A DNA stretch of 64,000 nt, taken from positions 52,824,001 to 52,888,000 of the forward strand of contig NC_043005.1 of NCBI RefSeq assembly GCF_006345805.1, written 5' to 3'. This DNA comes from Octopus sinensis (taxonomy: Eukaryota). This document shows, in pieces, positions 24,831 through 36,775 of this stretch. A model generated the notes under the pieces. It was not told the DNA's origin and searched no databases. It saw nothing but the letters and a program-made list of their open reading frames with translations. The number at the start of each line of letters is the position of its first letter. Positions within the stretch are counted from its first letter, which is position 1. Made by a program: the position numbers and the translations under genes.

Positions 24831-25046
24831 ATGGGAATGAGCGGACATGGCTGTTTGGTTAGGGAGCTTGCTTCCTAGCTACATGGTTTCAGGTTCAGTC
24901 CCACTGCGTGGCACTTTGGGCAGATGTCTTCTGCTATAGCCCCGAGCCGACCGAAGCTTTGTGATTGAATTTGGTAGGTGGAAGTTACTGCCGTGTGTGT
25001 AGGTGCTCAGTGCCTCTCCGAAAGAGAGAGAGAGAGGGAGACATGG

Positions 25047-25304
25047 TTAACCCTTTGAGCCCTGACCTTCTGAACCTTATTTGATCATATATCTGGCACT
25101 CCACCGGTAGAGTGTTGCTACTGTATAGAGTATAATAAGCCGTAAACCAATGTTACAGGCTCAAAGGGTTAATGGACATGGTGTCCTGACTTCTTGAATC
25201 TTATTTGACCATATATCTGGCAGTCCACCGGTAGAGTGGTGCTACAGTATAGAGAAAAATAAGCTGTCCACTGGTAAACCGGTGTTAGGGACTGAAAGGG
25301 TTAA
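25047..25304. mobile_element. Tiny TTAA-type MITE and a tandem, partly deleted second copy
   Basis: TTAA-CCCTTTGAGCC (25047-25061) / GGCTCAAAGGG-TTAA (25158-25172). The second unit repeats TATATCTGGCAxTCCACCGGTAGAGTG and ends GAAAGGG-TTAA at 25304. Confidence 0.65.
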
Positions 25305-25844
25305 TGAACATGGAGATGCTGGGAAGAAAATGAAAACAAATGGTTTGGTGTTAATGAGCAGAGTATTGCTGAGTGGGAAGAATAGGAACTGTATTACAGA
25401 CAGTGGGCATAGATGATACTGTGGTGAGGAAAGGTATGAATTAGCTGAGAAAGGGATCAAAATGATTGGGTGAGTATGGAGTGATGGAAATGAATGTTGG
25501 AAGAAGTAGTGGAAGGGAATAACTGAGAAAGATGACGGAGGAGGAGTGGCATGTAAAAGACACTTAAACTCTTGGAGTGGCTGGCGTTAGGAAGGGAATC
25601 CAGCTGTAGAAACATTGCCTGATCAGATTGGAGCCTGATGCAGCCCACTGGCTCTCCAGACCTCAGTTAAACCGTCCAACTTGTGCCAGCATGGAAAATG
25701 GATGTTAAATGATGATGAGATTGGTTTATGTGGTGGGATGTAGAAAGTTAAGGAAAAATTTGTGTGCCATGTTAAAATAATGCTTTTTAAAAATATTTTT
25801 GTGGTGTGCGTGATCATGTTATGTTCAATAGTTACTCACTGTTG

Positions 25845-26211
25845 AAAAGTACCCAAGACTTGTGCTTTGTCTCAACAAGATCAAAGAATTGGATGGTGTG
25901 GAAGTTCTGCCACATCCAGCCTATAGTCCAGGCATTGCTCCATCTGACTACGGTCTCTTCCAATCAATGCAACACTTTTTGAAAGGTCACCAATTTGAGT
26001 CATTCGATGAAGATGAAGAAGCCTGTCAAGAATTTTTCAATTCAAAGCTGAAGAATTGGTACTTTGACCAAATCTGAAAGCTTGCAGATCATTAGCAGAA
26101 AGTCATGGAAAATGATGGTCTTTATTTTGAAGAATTGTTGTTGTTTTTGAATAAATTCTTGCATAAAAATCATTATTTTTACACAGCGCACAAACTTTTT
26201 CGTCAACCTAG
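25845..26211 (+). pseudogene. mariner (DD34D-type) transposase 3' fragment with right end
   Basis: ORF 25862-26077 EVLPHPAYSPGIAPSDYGLFQSMQHFLKG matches the mariner HPxYSPDLAPSDYxLF motif. It continues past stops to ENDGLYFEE and ends ...CGTCAACCTAG|TA. Confidence 0.85.
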
Positions 26212-26647
26212 TAAAAAAGACAGGCGCAAGACCTTCAATGCTAATCTTTGTTTCAACATAGAAAATTGCCTTACCTTGCAATGCTGACTCTAGATTCTTT
26301 TATGAAGTTAGATAAGTGTCATTAATGTACCGTAATTCCTCGATATAAGAGTTAACTTGTTCCCAGAGACTGCTGGTAAAGTGGAAACTTGTGAAGCAGA
26401 GCAATAATTTCCCATAGTAGCAATGTTATAAATTGTAATTTCTTCCCAGAATAATATTTTACTTATAAAGTTTATAATGCTGTAAATAAATGGCTATAAA
26501 ACAACAGTAGATTGTAAAGAATGTCAAGATCATTTATAATAAAAGATATTATTATTATAATTGTTTTCTGAAATACTTTTACTCGCAGTAGATTCGTGCA
26601 CACCGTCACTTGTAGACGGGATCGCCGATTCGCAAGCACTTGCAGAC

Positions 26648-26915
26648 AGGGCTGTGGAGTTGGAGCCGGAAACAATTAAGGGGGCAGCCGGAGTCAGTCT
26701 GTAAAACCATACCGACTCTGATTCCGACTTGCAATGTCTTTATTCTTTAATATAAACCAGTTATAACATATAGGCCTACTCAAAGTACAAGTGTATGCAT
26801 ATGCATTATGAGATATGTGGACCACAATCACTTAATTACATAAAGGGGAGTCGGAGGTGAAAATAGTACAGGAGATTCGAGTCGAAGTTTTTTTGTTTCA
26901 ACTCTATACCCTGCT
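26648..26915. mobile_element. Degenerate MITE
   Basis: CAGGGCTGTGGAGTTGGAG start, CAACTCTATACCCTG end, internal GAGTCGGAG/CCGACTC subrepeats. Confidence 0.45.
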
Positions 26916-27464
26916 TACAAGACAGATTTGTAGAATTGGTCTTTTTTAAAACAAGCCAAGCCTTTCAGCACTGGCCCCCCCGTGGCCGTGTGGCACGTAA
27001 ACGCACCCTTCTGGCTTCGCAGACCCCAGTTGAACCGTCCAACCATGCTAGCATGGAAGCGGACGCTGCTTAGAAGAAGCTTTTTTTCACTTACAATAAA
27101 TTCTCCAGTAATACGCAGAAGCATTTATTATGATAGTAGAAACTTTTGCACTTCATTCAAAATTTGGCTGTTTAACCCTTTATATTTATTTTAAAACAGA
27201 GCTCGTAAACCAGGATCTCGTAAAGTGGGTCCTCTTAATGTTAGGTATTACTGTATGTCATTTGCATACCCGTTTGGATTGTTATCTCTATTATTTACTT
27301 GCATGTATTTCTATTCATTACAAACACGAATACACATAATTAGAATATCATGTAGTAATATGGGTGAAAAAACCCCCCAGAGAACTAATAATTTAAGTCA
27401 TTCTATGACTTGAACCTGCAAATTTGGATAGGCACTGTTGCTAGATGTCTCATTTATTGCCAGT

Positions 27465-27826
27465 AGGTGTGGCTGTGTGGTAAGAAGCTTGCTTACGAAC
27501 CACATGTTTCCGGGTTCAGTCCTACTGTGTGGTATCTTGGGCAAGTGTCTTCTACTATAGCCTCGGGCCGACCAAAGCTTGTGAGTGGATTTGGTAGACG
27601 GAAACTGAAAGAAGCCTGTCGTATATATGATGATACGTGTGTATATGTTTGTGTTTGTCCCCCCAACATCGCTTGGCAACCAATGCTGATGTATTTGCAG
27701 TTCTGCAAAAGAGATTTATAGAATAAGTACTAGGCTTACAAAGAATAAGTTCTGGGGTTGATTTGCTTGAGTAAAGGTGGTGCTCCAGCATGGCCACAGT
27801 CAAATGAGCAAAACAAGTAAAAGAGT
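27465..27826 (+). mobile_element. SINE family A, near full length
   Basis: Complete head, CTTGGGCAAGTGTCTTC segment and tail. Confidence 0.85.
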
Positions 27827-27839
27827 ACCTCTCATTTAT

Positions 27840-28110
27840 GAAGGTGTGTGGCATAGTGGTGTTAGGATGTTGCACTCACAATTGCTAAATCATGGGTTTG
27901 ATTCCTGGACTGGGCAATGCATTGTGTTCTTGAGCAAAACACTTCATTTCACGTTACTCCTATCCATTCAGCTCTAAACAGGTAACCTTTAAACAGGTAA
28001 CCCAATCAGGGAATGTTGGCCTGCTTGCCTAACCAGTGGAATGTCATCATTCAAAAGTTATAATGATGCAAAGTACATTGTGATCAGTGATGTAGGACAT
28101 TTGATTGTCT
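27840..28110 (+). mobile_element. SINE family D variant
   Basis: GAAGGTGTGTGGCATAGTGGT...TGTTCTTGAGCAAAACACTTCATTTCAC. Confidence 0.6.
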
Positions 28111-28972
28111 GGCTAATCTCACGATTTCTTATTCACTGTATACAAGACCTAATTCAGTTTTAGATACTAATCTATGTGAGTTCACTCTTGATTCTCTGAT
28201 GCAAATCTCCCTTTTTAAAATTCATCTCCAGCATGTTTCTGTATATGAAACTTTCAATCAGTTATATTCCAAACATCCTTTTAATAGTAAAATAGTTTGC
28301 CATTTTAGTGAAAATTTCATTTCCAAATTTTCAACTTTCACAATTTATTTGAAGCCACATTGGCAATATGTATTTCATTAGAAAAAGCTGGTGAGCTGGT
28401 ACAAAATCACTAACACACTGAGCAAAATGATTATTGATATTTCGTTTGTCTTTGTTTTGATTTTAAATTCCATCAAGGTCGACTTTGCCTTTCATCTTTT
28501 CAGGGTTGATATAATTGATTTACCTCTCCCCTGAAATTTCTGGCCTTGTGCCAAAGTTTGAAACCAATATATTTCATTAGAAAGGGTTGCATGAAGCCTT
28601 AGAGGGGAATTAATGAATTGTACTGCTTGGACTGTTGCACAGGGAAATGCTGAAAATCAAATCATTGGTGACACAATTTTAATTATAATCATTAAAAAAA
28701 TGTGCTATAAATATAGTAGAGTTATGTGGACAAAATTAATGGTTTGTATTGAGTGTATATGCTTGATTCTGTTGTCACAGAAATTTGTCTACATCCTGTG
28801 TAAAAAGATCTTGTGCTGGTGTCACATAAAAAGCACTGTGAAGTGGTTGGCATTTGGAAGGGCTTCTAGATGTAGAAACCATTCCAAAACAAACACTTGA
28901 AGTCTGATGCAGCTCTTTGGCTTGCAAGTTTCTCTCAAACTGTCCAATCCATGCCAGCATAGAAAACAGATG

Positions 28973-29156
28973 TTAACCCTTTAGCATTCAGATTATTCTG
29001 TTAAATTTGACACTTATTTATTCACATTGCTTTGAATTAATCATGTATCTTCTTGCAGCTTTGAGGTTTCCATGATGTTATTGCTTATTTTTAGAAGAAC
29101 ATTATAGGGTAGATGTGAGAGGTTGCATCTGGTTGGTTTGATTGCTAAAGGGTTAA
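28973..29156. mobile_element. TTAA-type MITE
   Basis: TTAA-CCCTTTAGCATT ... GCTAAAGGG-TTAA. Confidence 0.8.
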
Positions 29157-29989
29157 ATGATAGGGTTAAAGAAAGGAATGCTTTGACGGATCAGTGAACT
29201 TATGCTGAGAGAGAGAGAGGAAGGGAAATGGTGAATTACAAGGAATGATGTTGACGGTTGATGATTAATGTGTAAAAAATGGAATGAGTCGGCTGAATGA
29301 GAGGAGTGATTGAAATGGATGTGGAAGGATACAGAAGCAGGGAATAGCTGAGAATGATGCGGATAACAGAGAAAGGAATAAGAGCAGCAGGGTGGTTGGT
29401 TTGTGTTAGGGTAGGATATGAAAGATAGAACGAAATGGAGGAAACAGGCATGAAGCTCTCAGTGCTGACCCTTGCTTTGAGCACAAAAAAATTGTCTTAG
29501 TCTGCAGTGCTGACTTAGATCCTCCTTTGGAAGATCATTTTATAATGAAATAATTTATTTCTCCAGATTCTTATTTTTACAAATTATTGAAGCAGATAAG
29601 CTGTGTATTTCATAAGAAACAGTTACAGGAAATCTTGGAGAGGAATTAACAAATGTTACCGCTTCAACTGTTGCACAGGAGAATCTTGAAGATGAAAACT
29701 ATTCAAGACAAAATATTCCCTTGATTAGGCTGCCATTTCTATTGCTGATAACATTTCTCAGTAATCTGGTAGCTTTTCCTGGGAATTTGGTGAAATGAGT
29801 GATGGAGAATTATATATACAGCTCAAACACACTGCTAGGGTAGTTATCTTCTTGGTTGTTATGTCTTTGAGCCTAAATTAAAGGCTAGGTAAGACATCTT
29901 GTTTGATTGTTGAGTGGAAATTATCTTCTGACTTCAAGGTTTTTACGTTTTAATCTAGAAACCTTATTGTCATGGAGGAATTGTATCAC

Positions 29990-30320
29990 TATGTGATAAG
30001 AAGTCTGCTTCCCAACCACATGGTTCTAGGTTCAGTTCCACTGCATGGCATCTTGGGACAAGTGTCTTTTACTATAGCCCTTGGCCAATCATTGTCATGT
30101 GAGTGGATTTGGTTGACAGAAACTAAGAGAGGCCCATTGTGTGTGTGTATTTGTGTTGGTTTCTTTACATCTTTGTAACTTAGCAGTTTAGCATAAAGAG
30201 ACCAATAGAACAATTTACCAGGCTGAGGGGGGGGGGAGTATTGAGGTTGATTTGTTCAACTAAACCCTTCATGGTGGTCCCTAGAATGGTTGTAATCTAA
30301 TGACTGAAACCAGTAAACGA
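29990..30320 (+). mobile_element. SINE family A (diverged)
   Basis: Family A head, body and tail motifs. Confidence 0.7.
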
Positions 30321-30510
30321 TACATCTTGTTAGTTAAATGTTAGGGCACTTGTGAATTTTGACACAAGCTAAGGTGTAAATTTTTAAAACGATTAAAGTG
30401 GTTATTGAAGGTGTCTGTTTACCTTAGTGATCATGTATTTTTGCATGTGTGAGAAGTTGTAGAGCTAAGAGCTTTACATGTGGGGCAAGAAATATCATTT
30501 TCAAATTGGG

Positions 30511-30734
30511 TAACCCTTTAACATTTGGATTATTCTGTTAAATATAATGCCTATTTATTTACATTAATCAATTTCAATTAAACAAGCATTATCTCATAGC
30601 TTTGAGATCTGCTACCTTTCAGTTTTAGAATGACATTGTAGGGTACGTGTGACAGGATGGATCTTGTTAGTTTAAACATAAAGTAGGCAAAATATATTGG
30701 CCGGATATGACCAGTTTAAATGATAATGGGTTAA
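30511..30734. mobile_element. TTAA-type MITE
   Basis: TAACCCTTTAACATT ... AATGGG-TTAA; interior matches the other copies. Confidence 0.7.
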
Positions 30735-30837
30735 ACCTTAGGAACTAATTCATGTTAGTCAAGGGAATTGGTGAAAGCTGGAATTTAGTATAGTCATGAA
30801 AATTTACTGTATGCATCTTTTGTAATGTTATTTTTAG

Positions 30838-30867
30838 GAGATATTCTCATGTCAGCCAGTCAGATTT
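30838..30867 (+). CDS. Candidate 30-nt microexon (RYSHVSQSD if phase 2)
   Basis: TTTTTAG|GAGATATTCTCATGTCAGCCAGTCAGATTT|GTAAGT. Symmetric length, open in the phase left by exon 10249-10367, in non-repeat sequence. Confidence 0.35.
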
Positions 30868-32394
30868 GTAAGTGGTGGTTATTCATTGAGATTGATCTGT
30901 CTGCATCTTTCAGATTTATCTCTGTAAATAAATAGTTATGATAAGCAAATAAAATTTTAGATTATTAATGATTGGCATACTTTAATTGGACTGACCGTTG
31001 AGGTGAAAAACAGAAGTGGTGTCCAGCAATTGGCCTTTTTGATATCAGTCCACCTGAGACTACTCTTTGGTTTCAATGATACTGAACTGTCTGTTTTCAA
31101 GTATTCCTGTCTTTAATTGAAATTGTCCATTGTGATATATATGCAGAAATCTATTTTTTGTCATGTTTATAAACCAATACACGGAAAAGTTTAATTAAAA
31201 TGTAGGGTTAGAATTTTGTTAGAAATATACATACAAAAGGGTTGCAATGGTTTCTATCATAAAAAAGCCCTGTAAAATACCAGTTTCTAAGCAGAGTTGT
31301 TGTTTTTATCCCAGGTCAGCTCTGATTGTATAGACCTATAATCAAAGGCATTTCAGATATAATTTACCAAGTACTATGTTATCAAATATATCCTTTGTTT
31401 TTCCTAAGTTGAGAACAGGTCGCCAGTATACAGTTAAAGACATTAAGTCTATGGCCTTGTCTTCATTATTTGTATAAAGGTTTGCAGATAATTTGTATGT
31501 TGTCGGTATACTTCTCGGTAGTCTGAGAAAAACAGTTGCACAATTTCTTGCTGAACAACCTGGATGGATGATCCTTTTATAGTGATCAAATGATTGTGCT
31601 ATACTTGAGCTCATTCCCTCCATTGAATTGACATTAAATGTACAGGTGCACAGTATGCCACACGTTAGATGTTGAACTGCTCACAGAGCAATGTAATATG
31701 AAGTGCTTTTACGCAAAAGTACAATGCTCTGTCTGATCAGGGAATCAAAACCACGATCTCTTGATTGTGAGTGTAACACCCAAACCACTGAGCCAGATGC
31801 CCCTACTTCACTGGTATAACAAGGTAGAAGTAAAATAGCCAAATATACTTGCTATTGAACTATCACGTGAGTCCAGATACACTGAGCAGTTTTCGTTGTG
31901 TCTCTGTTCAGAATACATTATTCCACATTGCCTCGACTATTTATGTATCTGTTAGGAATGTGTATGAAATCAGGTGGAAACATCACTTGTTAACCTCTCA
32001 GAAACTGTATATCACATTTGCTTAATGCCCTTAAACCAGAACTAAATGCCAATATTAAAAGGTCCTTTGGGGCTTTATGTGGTTTTCTCACATTTACTTT
32101 CTCTCATGACGATTTTCAGTATTGTGTGACGTAGACCTCTTCTATTTAACTAAATTATTGTTCTTGTATATTTGAGGAATTTTTTTTTCTATTCGTAGCA
32201 CATGTTCTCTCTGTGATTAAAACTCAAGTGTGTATGGATATACATATATATACATGCATACATATATATATATATATGTGCATGTATGTATATGAATAGG
32301 CTTGTGTGCATGCATATATATATATATATATATATTATTAGTGAATTGAAGAAATGGAGTTGAACGAAGATTGAACAGAAATCGTTTTATTGCA

Positions 32395-32474
32395 TTCTAC
32401 ACGTGTTTCGAAAGGCACAATTTACCAAATTCCGATTGAATAATGAGACCATATTGTGTCTTTCTCTTCAGGAA
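32395..32474 (-). ncRNA. Type-I hammerhead ribozyme motif with long helix II
   Basis: Reverse complement: TTC-CTGAAGA-GAAAGACACAA...TTGTGCCTTTC-GAAAC-ACGT-GTA-GAA. Intact core, G-C base of helix II, palindromic helix III ACACGTGT, GUA triplet, helix I only 3 bp. Confidence 0.7.
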
Positions 32475-32629
32475 GAAATAGGAAATCCGTTGGAAAAAAC
32501 AAAAACAGAACAGAGGCGGAGCAAAACAAATCGAACGAGGCTCCTAAGAGCCCATGGCCAAACTGTTTATCAATGTATGTTGAAAACGGGTGGTGGGTGC
32601 GTTGAAGATTTTAACGGGTCAGGCAGCGG

Positions 32630-32723
32630 TCATTCCGGTGGGTGAGGGCACGGGGTGCGTAGATGTTCTTTGTGTTCTCACAAAGAACATCTACGCACCC
32701 CGTGCCCTCACCCACCGAAATGA
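32630..32723. repeat. Perfect GC-rich hairpin: 39-bp arms, 4-nt loop
   Basis: 32636-32674 is the exact reverse complement of 32679-32717, loop TTCT. It extends 5 bp further after one mismatch. Confidence 0.95.
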
Positions 32724-32803
32724 ATAAACAACATTGAATTACAATGACATTCACTTACAACCGTAGTGTGATCTCAAAACATGGGTGCATACACACTCGC
32801 TCG

Positions 32804-32838
<35 letters not shown>

Positions 32839-32949
32839 CTTTGGTTAGCCCAGCTGTGGTACAAGATGCTTGCTCAAGGTGCCTGAAACCATGTAGTTGG
32901 AAAATAAGGTTCTCAGCCATACAGCTGTTGTGCTCTTCTCTCTGATAAT

Positions 32950-33123
32950 AGAAATAAGATACAGTTCTATATTAAGAGATGAAGAATTATCTACATTATT
33001 TACATTTGATGGATATTTGTTAACACGTTTCGGCTGATATACTCTCCAGCCTTCATCAGGTGTCTTGGGGAAATTTCGAACCTAGGTTTTCATTCCTAAG
33101 GTATTTTTTGATGTTGTTGTTAC

Positions 33124-33158
<35 letters not shown>

Positions 33159-33160
33159 CT
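32950..33160 (-). mobile_element. Small element with degenerate hammerhead-like motif (33022-33064) next to (ATT)n
   Basis: Reverse complement GACAC-CTGATGA-A-GGCTG gagagtatat CAGCC-GAAAC-GTGTT. Confidence 0.5.
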
Positions 33161-33780
33161 AATCCCAAGAACTCAGCAGAATGTGCTGGGTGCTTTTTAT
33201 GTGCCACTGGCACAGATGCCTTCTGCAGCACTGGTGTAGGTGCTTTATCATTTTTATTAGGAATTGTATAGAAAAATTGTTTAGATATCTTGTGTATTGA
33301 AGAAGTGTAACTAATTTGTTGCATATATACTTCTACAACAAAATCTTATATGGACTTGACCCCAGTTGAGAAACCCTGATCTACATCACTATTGGTGGAA
33401 TAATGTTGGTGGAGGTCAATCTTAAGTTTTTGTTTTTCTGTACAAGTTGTCACAGTCTGAGTCTATTCTTTGGAGTTACTGCACTCATAAAATGAATTGA
33501 AGGACTATGTTTCATTTTTGGCTTGGTTTCTGTGGCTAGATACTTTTCCTACTACCAACCACTCTACAGAGTGTAGTAGGTGTATTTTTGTCTTCATACC
33601 AAAATTAATGAGATTGCCTTGTTTCTTCATAAAACTAGAGTGATCTCACTACTCTGTTGGGGAAGGTGAATAGAAGAGAGAGAGGGCAGAAGAATCAAGA
33701 TGAGCAGATTGGTTTGCAAGTGTATGATGATAGAATCACAATGTTTGAAGGGAGAAGGAGTGGGAATAGTGACTAGTGAC

Positions 33781-34008
33781 TTAACCCTTTAGCGTTCAAA
33801 TTAATATGTCAAAAGTAATCCTTATTCATTTACATTTAAAAAAATTAACCTGGTATTATCTTGTAGCTTCAAGATTTGAAAGATGTAATTGTTTATTTTT
33901 AGAATGACATTGCAGGGTAGGTGTGAGATACTGGTTCTGGCCAGTTTGAGCATAAAATGAGTAGACTATTTGGGCCGGATATAGCCAGTTTAAACACTAA
34001 AGGGTTAA
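33781..34008. mobile_element. TTAA-type MITE
   Basis: TTAA-CCCTTTAGCGTT ... ACTAAAGGG-TTAA. Confidence 0.8.
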
Positions 34009-34237
34009 AGGATTATGGTTTTCTCTTCAGTTACTTTCACAAAATAATTAAGGATTTTATGAAAATGAATTCTTAGTAGCTAGTTACTTATATAAACATA
34101 TTTCTGTATTCAATTTTTGAATAATTCTAAAGAATAAAATGGATATTAATAGGATGCAGCTTTATGAATGTTATATGAAATTTCACTTTTTATTTATCCA
34201 CAAACTTTTCTCTCAATGTTTTTTTTAAGTGTGTATA

Positions 34238-34623
34238 GGCGCAGGAGTGGCTGTGTGTTAAGTAGCTTGCTTTTCAACCACATGGTTCCGGTTTCATTCC
34301 CACTGCAAGGCACCTTGGGCAAATGTCTTCTAGTATAGCCTCGGGCTGACCAAAGTCTTGTGAGTGGATTTGGTGGATGGAAACTGAAAGAAGCCTGTCG
34401 TATATATGTGTGTGTGTTTGTGTGTCTGTGTTTGTCCCCACAACATCATTTGACAACCGTTGCTGGTGTGTTTACGTCCCCATAACTTAGCAATTCGGCA
34501 AAAGAGACCGATAGAATAAGTACTAGGCTTACAAAGAATAAGTCCTGGGGTTGGTTTGCTCAACTAAAGGCAGTGCTCCAGCATGGCCCCAGTCAACTGA
34601 CTGAAACAAGTAAGAGTAAAGAG
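34238..34623 (+). mobile_element. SINE family A, full length
   Basis: GGCGCAGGAGTGGCTGTG head through ACTGAAACAAGTAAGAGTAAAGAG tail. Confidence 0.9.
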
Positions 34624-34695
34624 TAATATAATGTTTCAAGCAGTTCCATCTGCGGCTCTTTTATATACCAGCAGAACCTTGCACTTTTGATACCT

Positions 34696-35429
34696 TTAAA
34701 CCTTTAGCATTCAAATTATTCTATCAAATGTAATGCTTATTTATTCACATTGTTTTGAATTAATCATGCATTATCTCGGCTTTGAGATTCCACTGATGTA
34801 ATTGTATATTTTTAGAATGACATTGTAGGATGAGAGGCCAGAACTGGCCAGTTTGAACATAAAACAGCTAGAATATTTTGGCCAGATATGGCCAGTTTAA
34901 ATGCTGAATGGGTTAAATTCCATATGTTGTGAGTTGTTTCACACTTAAGGATTGAGGTTGTTTGCATGAGTTGTCATCATTTTAGTTTTCACGTGTTTTT
35001 CTATGGCTGGATGCTCTTGTTGTTACCAAACCTCACATGTTTCCAAGTAACGTAATATTTCCCCTAGTCTTTCAAATGATGATCTGTTCAATGGCAAGTC
35101 CTATCTTCAGTAGCACATGTAAAGAGAAACATTGTCAATAACAGTGATATTGCTTACATATTGTGCAGACAAAAATCAGACATGTTTTCATGGCTGATAT
35201 AAATAATGACATCTACATGGGGAGCATTCAGATTACTCTGTCAAATGTTGTTTTATTTATTCACATTGTTTTGAATTAATCATGCATTATCTCGTAGATT
35301 CGAGATTTCGATGGTGTGGTTGTTTATTTTCAGAATGACATTGTTTGGTAGGTGTGATGGGCTGGATCTGGCTAGTTTGAACAAAAAACAAGTAAAAAGA
35401 TCTGGCTGGTTTAAATGCTAAAGGGTTAA
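34696..35429. mobile_element. Two TTAA-type MITE copies (34696-34916 and ~35225-35429)
   Basis: Same interior (GCTTATTTATTCACATTGTTTTGAATTAATCATGCATTATCTCG) and GGG-TTAA ends. Confidence 0.7.
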
Positions 35430-35990
35430 GCAGTGCCTTAACAGTATTAAGATAATTGGAAGACTCACATATGTACAGTGAATTTCTCTCAGTTCACTGA
35501 AGTCATTGGTCACTCCAAGGGTATAGAACAGGCATGGGCAACCATTTTTGAGAAGCAGGCCGCCGTATGAAACCTGGCTCAGCTTCAGACAGGCTGCGCA
35601 ATAAAAACATACAAGGTAATTTTTCGTTTAGATGTGTCATTCAAAAAGTCCTGCGGGCCTCATGTTGCCCTTGTTACTATAGATGATACCTGCTCACCAT
35701 GCCATGCTGGGAATGAACCTGTGACCATATAGTTGCAATGCAAATTAATTATTATAAAGATAAGGTTATTTATTTTTATCACCCATACTTGACCGTGGTA
35801 ATGTGTTGCAGAACCCCCTTCTCAATTAAATCTTTTCTGATGTTCCTTATATTTTAGTTTCATTGTTCGATGATATTTATTATGAATACATCTCTTACGG
35901 AATACCCTTAGTTAATGTGTTAGAGTCGTAGTTTAGACAAGGCATCATCATCACTGAGTATCCTGGTTTCCATGCAGTCTTGAGTTAGAC

Positions 35991-36775
35991 CAGTGGTTCT
36001 CAACTGGGGTCCATATAAGATTTTGTTGTTAAAATTTATGTACAATAAATTGGTTACGCTTCAACAATATACAGTATTATAACAATTTTATTTTATACAA
36101 TCCCTAATAATATTTTATAACAAAGATATGAGAGAACTTTTAAAGCATCAAATGACTTATGAGGGTCCACTTGAGTAAAATAGTAATCAAGGAATTCATA
36201 TGGACTCACAAAACTGAGGCAGTTTTCTATGGATAGATGCTCTTCTTGTCACCTGGTCACATTTCTTTTCAAATAAGTGACCACTTCCTCTAGTTCTATG
36301 AACGACTCAATGATTGGATGTTTTTTTTTTTTGGCAAATTGTTACCAAAGACACCATTTTATCGATAGTGATATTTTAAAGTTGCATGCAAGCAACATTA
36401 CAGCAAAGGGAAGACACAAACACATGTACATACACATTCATATGCACATGCACACACGATGGACTTCTTACAATTGTCTTCTCTCAATTTCATTCACTTG
36501 GCATTGGTCTTTGATTACTATTTCATTCTGGTGGATCCCCATAACCATTTGATGTTTAAAAACTGGCTTTATAGAAATGTCTTTCAAAATTCTTGTTTTG
36601 TTTTTCACACATTAACTTGTGCAGGTTGAACTAAGTAAAATGTTAGAGAAAGAAACCTGTTTCTTGAAATTTATACATCTAAAGTAAAAAGTTTTCAGAG
36701 GCCCTTAAATTACAGTTATCATTTTGTTGTGTGGATGCCCAAAAATGTTACATGGACCCTGGTTGAGAACTCCTG
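35991..36775. mobile_element. hAT-like MITE ends, probably one interrupted element
   Basis: CAGTGGTTCTCAAC start at 35991 and GTTGAGAACTCCTG end at ~36775. The 5' part matches the element at 39850. Confidence 0.45.

Noticed and set aside
31342-31623. 93-aa non-repetitive minus-strand ORF (similar cases at 2635-2880 and 3073-3303)
   Set aside because: No recognisable motif or convincing splice context, and ORFs of this length arise by chance in a 64-kb window.
32472-32574. Apparent host exon with good AG and GT sites
   Set aside because: The acceptor is the reverse complement of the hammerhead core inside a repeat-like element, and joining it to exon 1 (phase 2) gives a stop after two codons (RKK*).
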